Origin: the human T2T-CHM13v2.0 reference genome, Homo sapiens
Length of the DNA stretch: 64,000 nucleotides
Assembly (NCBI RefSeq): GCF_009914755.1
Contig: NC_060928.1
Strand: one strand, 5' to 3'
In this document: positions 53,440-64,000 of the stretch, one piece after another
Position numbering within the stretch: the stretch's first letter is position 1
Layout: each line of letters begins with the position of its first letter
Position numbers and translations under genes: made by a program
The notes under the pieces: model-generated
The model's database searches: none
The model's input: only the letters and a program-made list of their open reading frames with translations
Told to the model about the DNA's origin: nothing

Positions 53440-54117
<678 letters not shown>

Positions 54118-55107
54118 TAATACCTTGAGGTTTAAGCTCTGTAGATTAGCTTTGACTCTCCTTGTACATTATATAAATATATAAATGGAATCTCATAGTA
54201 CATACTCTTTTGTGTCTGGCTTCTTTCACTCAATGCTGTTGAGAGATTCATCTATGTGGTATGTTGCTACACATGTTTATTTCATGGCTACATGGTGTTA
54301 CACTGAATAAATATACTAGAATATATTTGTTCTACTGTTGACAGACACATGAATTTTCTCCAGTTTGAGGCTATTAAGAATAACGGTGTCATAAGCACTT
54401 TGTAAATGTCTTTCAGTTCACATTTGTACACACTTCTGTCAGGCGCAGATCTACAGATGGAATTGCTGGGTGATATGATATGCAAACATACAGCTTTAGT
54501 AGATACTGGCAAACAGTTTTCCAAAGGGATTATACCAATTTACACTCCCATTAGCAGTGACTTCGAGTTCCAGTTGCTCTGTCCATATCCTTTACAATAC
54601 TTGACATATGAGTCCTTTTGTATTTTGACCATTTTGTTTGATATGCAGTGGTATGTCATTTTAGCTTTAATTTCTGTCTCCCTGAAAGTTAGCAAGACTA
54701 AATTTGCCTATCTTAAAATCAAGTTTTCTGTCTTTTTGAAAAAATTGATTTTTCTAAGTTCTTGATATACTCTCAATATGAATTCTTTCTTTGTTATATT
54801 TATTGCAAATAATAGCTCTGAGACTTGCCTTTCACTTTCTTGTGTCTTGTGATAAACAGGAGTTCTTAATTTTAACGTGGTCCAATTTCTCAATTTCTCA
54901 GTCTTTTCTTTTATGGCTAGTGCTTTTTGTGCTCTGCTTAAGAAACTTTTGCCTACCCAAAAGCCATAAAAATACTTTCTAACATTTTTTTTTTAGAAAG
55001 TCTATTTTTTCTTTCATACTAATCTTCAATTCACCTAAAATGGTATATAGTATGAAGGAAGGGTTAATACTTTTCACTATGGATATTCTACTGACTCAGC
55101 ATAATTT

Positions 55108-55425
55108 CTTTTTTCTTTTCTTTTCTTTTTCTTTTTTTTTTTTTAGAGACAGAATCTCACTCTATCACTCAGGCTGGAGTGCATTGGCACGATCTTGGCT
55201 CATTGCAACCTCTGCCTCCTGGGTTCAAGTAATTCTCATGCCTCAGCCACCCAACATAGCTGGGATTACAGGTGTGTGCCACCGAGCCAGTCTAATGTTT
55301 GTAATTTTAGTAGAGATAGGGGTTTTGCCATGTTTGCTAGGCTGGTCTTGAACTCCTGGCCTCAAGTGATCAGCTTTGGCCTCCCAAAGTGGTGGGATTA
55401 CAGGCGCGAGCCACTGTGCCTGGCC
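55108..55425 (-). mobile_element. Alu (S/J-like)
   Basis: Reverse Alu; 16-17 bp TSD (C)TGACTCAGCATAATTT. Confidence 0.93.
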
Positions 55426-55751
55426 TGACTCAGCATAATTTATTTTAAAAAACGGTTTTCCCTTGTTTATAGCAGCAACATGGTAATAAATCAAGCATCT
55501 ATATATGTGTGGGTCTTTTTCAGAATTGTTTTTTACTACATTGGTCTACTTGTCCATGTGTACTCCAGTTCCACAGTTTTAATTATAGTAACTTTATAAT
55601 TTATATTGCTATCTTGTAGTAAAAGTCCTCTGACTTCCTCTTTTCTTTGTCAATATTGTCTGGGTTTTATGTGGCTCTTTGCAATTTCAAATAATTTTAT
55701 AATGAGCTTGTTAAATTATATGAAACATTCTACTGGTATTATACTTGGTAT

Positions 55752-56391
55752 TGTGAGAAACAAACCTACCTGTCCAAACCCGAAGAATGGACTCAGAGAC
55801 CTGGAGTACAGATAAAGTGAAACTTGTAATGATGCTCTTTCAAGAATTGGGTGTCTGATGTGCAGGCACACACAGCACAGTTTTAACAAGCAATTTAACC
55901 CCTAGTGTGCAGGTCCCTCTCCCGGTTTTTCATAGGCTGAATACTAGGGGGTCACAATCTTCCTGGATGTCACCTATTGATTGTTGGGCAGGGACTTTAG
56001 GTGTTTGTTTGTTTGTCTGTTTGTTTTTAGGGTTGTTTTGCTGCATTTTGTTGCAGCCCACAATGCATTGCAATCCTAGTTAGCTCAGGGGCTCTTCAAG
56101 TATTTAACTTATGACCTAAGTAGCTGGGCAGGCTAATAAAAACAGACAAAATGAACTATTTTGCAGGCTAGTAAACTTTTATCTTAGACTAAACTTCTTT
56201 GGTTCTGGTGAAGGCAAGGAAACAGAGTTGTGGGGGTGGAGTGGGGGAGGGGGAGGCCAACAAGCAGGCATCGGCTATCCAAGCTGGGGCCTAGTATGTT
56301 CTGTTTTTTCTGTAGTTTGCTAACGTAAGTCTATTTAAGGCACTTTGTCTTGGAAATGGACCATGGGCCATTGTATACATTATTTCCTTCA
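55752..56391 (-). mobile_element. ERV1-class solo LTR (640 bp), family not identified
   Basis: TG...CA termini and a perfect 4-bp TSD GTAT; interrupts the L1 relic. Strand is inferred. Confidence 0.8.
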
Positions 56392-56937
56392 GTATTGGAG
56401 ATACTCTTTATAGAATAATTTAAAAATAATATACATGTTTATGGTATTGAATGTCTTCCTTTTATTTAGGTCTTTTGAAATTTTTTGAAATAATGTTTCA
56501 TATTTTTTGTGTAGAGCTTTGCACATTTGTTAATTTATTTCTAGATATTTGGTCTTTTGATATAATTGTTAATGATATAATTTTTAAAATATCATTTTAA
56601 TCACTTATTGGTATATAAACATAGATTTTTCATCTTGACCTTGAACTCTGTGATTTTTCTAAATTCATTTAATCACAATAATTTTCCTATGGATTATCTT
56701 GCAGCTTGGATATAATACAATCTATAAGTAATGACAGTTTTTCTTTCTAATCTTTATATGTGTTATTTTTCTTGCATTATTATACATGCTAGGATCTTTT
56801 TCCTACCAATGTTAAATAAAACTGTTGTTAATAAGGGGAACCTGTCTCCTTTGCAATGTCAGATAAAAGGTTTTCAATATTTCTCCATTAAATATGATAT
56901 TTATCACAGGTTTTTGAAAATGCTTTTTAAAGGTATG

Positions 56938-57305
56938 TGATATCATTTGGATCTGTGTCCTTACCCAAATCTCATGTCAAACAGGAGGAGGGGCCTGGTG
57001 GGAGATGATTGGAGCATGGGGATGGATTTCCTCCTTGCTGTTCTCATGATAGTGAGTGAGTTCTCACAAGATCTGACAGCTTAAAAGAGTGTGGCCCTTC
57101 CGCCTTCTCTCTCACTACTGGTCTGCCATGACAAGACATGCTTACTTTCCCTTTGCCTTCTGCCATGATTGTAATTTTCCTGAGGCTTCCCACCCATGCT
57201 TCCTGTTAAGCCTGCAGAACTGTGAGCCAATGTAGCCTCCTTTCTTCATGTATTACCCCTTCTAAGATAGTTCTTTATAGCAGTGTGAGAAGGCACTAAT
57301 ATACA
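56938..57305 (+). mobile_element. MSTA/THE1-like MaLR solo LTR
   Basis: TGATATCATTTGG...GTTCTTTATAGCAGTGTGAGAA...ACA; perfect 5-bp TSD GTATG. Confidence 0.92.
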
Positions 57306-59851
57306 GTATGAAAATGAATATTTATTTAGATTAAGAAATATGTACCACAAAGTATTGGAAACTTAGAGATTTGAGTTCATTTCTTCTGAGACAACTTTAC
57401 ACAGTTTTCCAGACATGTTAACATATAAATGTTTCTTGGTTGCAACCCACTTTGCTCTCTCTCCAGAATTCTCTACAATCCCCAGCAATTCCTAACACTT
57501 ACAGGGGCCTGTGAAAATGAAGGCTCTGAAAACTGGGCCTTGTAAACTTCGTAATTTCATCTGAGAATTTTTTTTTTTCAGTTTGGCTGTAGTTTTCTTT
57601 CTCTTGATGTTAATTCTGCAAACTTTCTTAAGATTATCTTATAAATACTCTTATCGTATTAAATAAATTTCTTTCTATTGCTAGTTAGGAAGTTTTTGTC
57701 ATAAATGGGCATTGGATTTTATCAAAAAATTCAACATCTGTTTGTTGCTGCATCTATTGAGATAGTGACAGGATAATTTCTCCTTTATTATTGTACTGAG
57801 TTATCATGATTGAAATTCAAGGGTCTGTTCCTAAATAAAACCTACTTGGTTGTGATATGTTATTCTTTTTAGAAATCACCAGATTAGATTGCTGATATTG
57901 CTTCAGAATGTTTGAGTTAGAAGTTTCCTTTTTTATAATATACCCATCGGGGTGTCTTGGATTCACAACATGAGATGAAAAGTGTTCTCTCTTCTATTCT
58001 ACACAATAGATTGTGTAAGTGGTGTTATTTATTTGTTAAATGTTTAGAGAAATTCATTAATAAACACATATGGGTCTGAATTTTCTTTGTGGCAAGGTTT
58101 TAATTTCAGATTCAAAATTATTGTTAGTATAGAATTATTCCAATTATTTTCTGTTATATCAATTTTGATAAAATGTGTTTTAATGTAAGTTTTCAAATTT
58201 GTTAGCACAAAATTGTTCTTAAAATTCTCTTTATCTGTCTAATAAATGTTGACTTTATGGTGACATTCCTTTTTAGTCTTTCTATTGGTAATCAGTAACT
58301 TTACTGTTTTTATTCTTTGTTAGTTTTTTCAAAGGTTATACATTTATTGGCCTTTTCAAGGAACAACTTTGGGTTTTATTTACCTTCATTGCATTTTTCA
58401 TCCTGACTCAATTTCTGTTTGAATCTTTGTTACTCTTTCTATCTAACTTATCGGTGTCTAATGTACTATTATTTTTCTATCTTCTTTAGGTGACTACTTC
58501 AATCATTGATTGTTAGCCCTTCTGTTTTCTAGAATAGATGTATTAAAGATGATCATTTTTTCTTAAAGCACATCCATAGCTGCATTTTATAAGTTTTGAT
58601 ATGTAATATTTTTATTATCATCCAGCTCAGTGTATTTTCTAACTTCATTGGGATTTCTCCCTTTAGCTATGGGACTTTTTAGGAGAGTATTGCTTAATTT
58701 TTCAATATTTGATACATTTTTTGGTTACATTCTATTACTGATTTCTACCTCATTTCCAGTGACTACACACTGTATAACTTCAATCCTTCAAAATTTGTCA
58801 ATGTGTGTTTTTTTCTTTGTTCTTACCTTTTATTGTCCTCTCCTTTCTTAAAAATGAGTTTTTCTTTTTTGCCTCTTAACCATTCTTTTACTGTTAATTT
58901 TTTTAAGGTGTTACCCTAGAGATTATACATGAATTCCTGGCTTATTTAATTCTAATAAAAATTAGTAATTTTTCCCCTTTTTGGACAATCTAAGGATTTA
59001 AAATGATTTCACTTACTTTTCTACTTCTCCCATTTTCTTCTATTGTCATTTATTTTAGTGCCATTTGTATATTATTCTATAAACTCCTCAATATGTGATT
59101 GTTATTTTACATGTTTAATATTCATTTAGTTTTTTTCATTGCTATTTATGTATTTATTTATTCTTTTTTATTTCTGTGCTTTCTCTTGAAATTATTTTTT
59201 TTTTACTTGAAGGGCTCCCTTTAGAATTTGTTTTGCTGCAGCCCTACTGGTAACATTTTCTTTTTGTTTTGTGCTTGTATAAAAATGTTTTTATTTAACA
59301 TTTATTTGGGGGACTCTTTTTGTTAGATACAAGATTCTAGGCTGCAGTTATTTTCTTTTAGCGTTTTGAAAGTGCTTGTTGTCATCTGGCTTCCAATATT
59401 TCAATTGTGAAATTAACTGTCAGACTGATGATTATTCCTTTTAAAAGTATTATGTGTTTTTTTTTCTATCTGCGAAGATTTTCCTCTCTCTGTTTTTAGA
59501 TATCTTTCTTTTTATGTGGTTAGGCGGTTGTTTTGAATTTTTCCCAATTGGGCACAGTAGTATTTTGTGAACTGTGACTTTTATCACTTGGAAATTCTTC
59601 AGCTACTTCTTCTTCAGATATTACCTCTGTTCTAGTCTCTGTTACCTCTTCTCTGGAACTCCAGTTACATATATTTTAGACCTTTCAGACCATATTCCAT
59701 ACATGGCATTAGTCCCATTTTTGATGTCTGATTGCAGTTTTTCTAATTTTCAGTTCTAGAATTTCCACTTGATTCTGTTCTAAAATTTCCAGTCCTTTTT
59801 TGAAATTATTCATACTACCAGCAAATTTCTTGAGCATATTAACCGCAGTAA

Positions 59852-60136
<285 letters not shown>

Positions 60137-60532
60137 TGAGGGAGAGACCTGCCAGGCAGGCTCTGGGAGTGATGTTTTGTCAGAAAACTTCCACATCTCA
60201 GGACAAACAGCATTCCTGAAGAACAATGGAAATCCACTGAAAATGAACTCATAATAAAACATTATAAACCAGACAGGAAAAAGAGCATCATGAAGAATCA
60301 GAAAACACAACATTTTCTCTTAAAAAAGCCCTCTAAAGACTGCAGACAATTAAGCGATCTGAAAGTAGCTATAAGTATGTTGAAAAAAAACAAAATAATA
60401 GGAAAAGGAACATTAGGAAAAAAATGTTTATGTGGTAGCTTTCTATGCTTCATTCTTCAGAAATTTCCCTCACCCACCCCAGATTTCTAAGTCCTATGCA
60501 TTAACAGATATCGTTGTCCCTTTGAAGACACC

Positions 60533-60955
60533 TGTATTAGTTTGCCAGGACTGCCGTAATAAAGCACTACAGATTGGGGTGCCAGAAGTCCCAGATCAAA
60601 GGGTTTGCAGAGTTGGTTTCTTTGAGAGCTGTGAGGGAGAATCTGTTTCATGTCTGTGCCCTAACTTCTGGTAGTTTGCTAGAAATCTTTGGTGTTCCTT
60701 GGCTTCTATGGTATCACCCTGATGCCTGCCTTCATCTTCCCAAGGTATTCTCCCGAGTGTGTCAAAATTTCTTTTTTTTATGAAGATACCAGTCCTGTTG
60801 GATTTGAGGCCCACCCTACTCCTGTATAATCTCATTTTAACTTGTTACATCTGCAGTGATCCTGTTTGCAATTAAGGTCACATTCTGAGATACTTGGGAG
60901 TTAGGATTTCAACACATTAATTTTTGGGAAACGAGTCATAATTCAATCCATCGCA
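60533..60955 (-). mobile_element. MLT1C-like MaLR solo LTR
   Basis: TGTATTAGTTTGCCAGG...AAGGTCACATTCTGAG; 5-bp TSD ACACC. Confidence 0.85.
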
Positions 60956-63589
60956 ACACCCAAATATAAATTAACAAGTTTTAGAATTTTTCAGTCTTAT
61001 TAGAATGATAGAAACACAGAAATCTTCCAACATCCTCATTCTATGCCAAAATAGAACACTTCAAATAAATAAGAAAGAGAGGCATTTCAGATAACTTTTA
61101 GGCTTTCAGGCTATGTACAAAAAAGACACCATTAAGAGGCAAGACATGCCCCATGGTAAGATAGGAAGATAGGAAGCTTCTCTACTGCAAACTCCTAGGA
61201 CTTACAACATTGCTTTAAAAAAACTTCTTAAAGTCTCTAAGTATTTTCTTGTGTAATGTTATAGATCTGAGCACATAATATTTAGAATAAGTAATATATT
61301 TAATGTCTTCAAAATAATGAAAATAAATATTTTAAATGTTCTAAGGTTTGCATTGGGGTCTTGAGATTTAGCCAATGACCAAATAAAAATATTAATAATG
61401 ATTTTGTATATTTCATATAATGCTATCAACCTACCATCAGCACTGTATAGCACTTTTCCCCAGGGGTTGTTGTGATTGTTTGTCACTATTTCATCGTTAG
61501 TAATAGTACTAATAGCATTTTTCTGAAAGAGTTAATGTGGGGGTCAAATAAGATAACAAATGTAAATCACTTACTAGAGTGCCTGGGACAGAGTAACTGC
61601 TCAATAAATGTTAACTGTTATTATTAGAGTATAGAAGGTGCTGCATTTTTAAGAAGCTTCGTGAAGTGTTTTCCCTTTTTGGTGATACCATGCCATTTTT
61701 TCTTCAAGAAAAATGCTCCTATGCCATTTTTTCTTCAAGAAAGAGAAGGGTTGGTGCCACCCAAAAAAGAGCTCATGGTGTAGTAAAGAAGTTAGAAATG
61801 TAAACATAATCAAGTCACTTAGATAGTTAGCCTAGGAAGTATGGGGCCACTTCAGTTTTAAGAGAAAAGGTTAGACTATAATAATGTATCTGGATACATC
61901 GGCTCTAAAGGAGAAGGAAAAGGAAGTTGGAGAAGGTTCCTCTGATGGTCTGCCTTTTCTGTATGAAGTATGGGGCAAGATCATTGGTGGGAAATTAAAG
62001 ATGGGAGTGGAGTAGAGTATTTGAGAGGGGTAAAGTGTTGGAAGTACTCCCCCCAAGAATACAAATGTGAGCTGAATGGAGTCAGTACTGAGTCCAATTG
62101 AACAGAAGGTCTAGTTGAAGCCGTCATTTTGTAACTGAAGCCAGTAAAAACTGTTGTTTTATTTTACTCTCCTTTATTATTTCTATTCTATTTAAATGTT
62201 GTCCTATTTTATTTTATTTTATTTTATTTGATGTAATCAGTTGAGGCAAATCTGAACATCATATGGGCACAAGCTAAGAAGTGACTGATGGCGTCCACCC
62301 CGGCCTGGATTGAGGCAGAGAGAGGAGAAGGAGTGAGGGAGCTGATGATGTGGGTGAAGTCACCGACTAACCAGGCAGGAGGGAAGGAATTGAAAGCAGG
62401 ATGTGCTGATACAGGAAAAACAGGTATCTCCATGGTGGAAGAACAGATATGGCAGCTGAAAGGCGATAAGAGAAATAGGAGGAAAGGTGTTGCTAAGAAA
62501 GTGGTATTTGGGGATCTGAGAAGTTGGACCTGGTGCAGTTCCAGGTGGTTGATCTGGGGTTTGGGGTGCAGGGAAGGGAATGCTTCCATACAGCCAGGGG
62601 ACAGGATAAGGAGATAAAGAGATGAAGGTGAAGGCAAACTGTCAATTTCCCAGTCTCATAGTCCTTGGCTGTGCTCCTGTGTTAGCTGCGATTTCAAAAT
62701 AGGTCACTTCCTTTCCTTACTTTACTCTGTCTTCTCTCCATCGCCTACTTGGCATCTTGTGTCTTTTCAAGGTCATGTTAAGAGTTCACTTTCCCAATCA
62801 GGAGAAGCACATGACATAAATCAATGTAATTAATGCATGTTTCTTTCTTTCTCAAAGACTTAGCCTAAATAAAACCTTACAATTTATTTTAGTGAACAAA
62901 TTAAATGTTGACTTTTAAAAACACAGTACTTGTACTTTTTAACCTTCAAAGAACTTTACACATACGAAGGTCATTACTCTTTTTAACACTCCTAGAGTCT
63001 TTGAGTTGAACATACATGATCAAAAGATTAACACAGAGGGTGAGGATGTTTGGCTATCAGATGCAGTTTTTAGCTGTAATATCTGGCCTTTGAGATAATA
63101 TTGCTCTGGCCATGTCTGAAAGCCGGGAAATAATTATTTCTGTTCCATTTTCTGTCAATGGGGAGCTATTATTACCCCCTTCAGTGTGAACTCATTTAGG
63201 AGTATAAAAATAAAAATTGTTAATAATGGTTAATTATCAGATTAGAATTTCAAAGGGGAAAAATAATAGTAGTTTCCTCTGAAATTCACAAGCCAACTAA
63301 AGCCATTCCAAGCTTCCTGAGGGCCCTTCTCTCCTCTGTTTCTTATTTCCTTTCATCCCTCCCTCTTCTTCTCTTTGGATTTCTCTCTTCTTATTTCTCT
63401 GTATACAGGGGATTTTTACTCCCCTCAAGTTCTCTTCATTGGTGCCACTCTTCTTACATACCTGGCTCTTTTTTCTTCACCTTCTGATTTTCCACCTTTT
63501 CTTTTTCCTGCTTTCCCTTTTTTTACTTTACCATTTCCGTTTTTTTTTAAATTTCTGAACCAGTTGGGAACAAGATTTTTTTTCTAATT

Positions 63590-63740
63590 TCCCCCTTCCT
63601 TCATTCCTTCCCTTCCTTCCTTCCTTCCTTCCTCCCTTCCTTCCTTCCTTCCTTCCTTTCTTTCTCTCTTTCTTTTTCTTTCTTTCTTTCTCTTTCTTTC
63701 TTTCATTTTTTCCTTCCTTCTTTCTTTCTTTCCTTCCTTC

Positions 63741-63791
<51 letters not shown>

Positions 63792-63858
63792 TCCTTCTTT
63801 CTTTCTTCTTTCTCTCTCTCTCTCTCTTTTCTTTCTTTTTCTTTCTTTCTTCTTTTTC
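63590..63858. repeat. Compound (TTCC)n/(TTTC)n/(TC)n microsatellite, expanded Alu tail
   Basis: ~270 bp pure-pyrimidine repeat directly abutting an Alu. Confidence 0.95.
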
Positions 63859-64000
63859 AGGGGCTTCACTCTGTTGCCCAGGTTGGAGAGCAGTGGCATG
63901 ATCATGGCTCACTGCAGCCTCAACCATCCAGGCTGAAGCAATCCTTCTACGTCTAGCTCCTGAGTAGCTGGAACTACAGATGTGCTCCACCACGGCTGGC
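63859..64000 (-). mobile_element. AluJ-like, cut by the window edge
   Basis: CACTCTGTTGCCCAGG...CTCACTGCAGCCTCAACC. Confidence 0.9.

Noticed and set aside
63528-63993. Lys/Glu/Arg-rich ORFs
   Set aside because: Translation of the (GAAA)n/(GGAA)n microsatellite and an Alu.

Overview
Human (primate) genomic DNA from the MNS glycophorin cluster. The only gene I can support is GYPB (glycophorin B) on the minus strand, with CDS join 24703-24667, 6708-6610, 4874-4836, 3059-2965, 1727-1722 (276 nt, 91 aa: [91 protein letters not shown]). It has a silenced pseudoexon 3 (5900-5808, GT>TT donor) and a TATA-less GATA/E-box erythroid promoter at ~24760-24840. The allele reads as 'N'-type, s (Thr48), Ser84, with no hybrid or U-variant changes at the positions I checked. 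The ~18 kb intron 1 and the ~39 kb upstream are dominated by Alu, L1, L2, MIR, MaLR/ERV1 LTRs and hAT relics, and almost all supplied ORFs are repeat-derived or spurious. I find no evidence of a wholly new multi-gene system. The most notable structures are: an ancient tandem duplication relating exon 2 and exon 3; an antisense LTR supplying the last exon and a latent Cys-rich C-terminus; an overlapping uORF; a probable L1-insertion-mediated deletion; an L1 inserted at almost its own homologous position in an older L1; and an Alu target-site duplication that doubled an NF-E2/MARE motif. Repeat subfamily names are recognised by eye and need confirming with RepeatMasker/Dfam.
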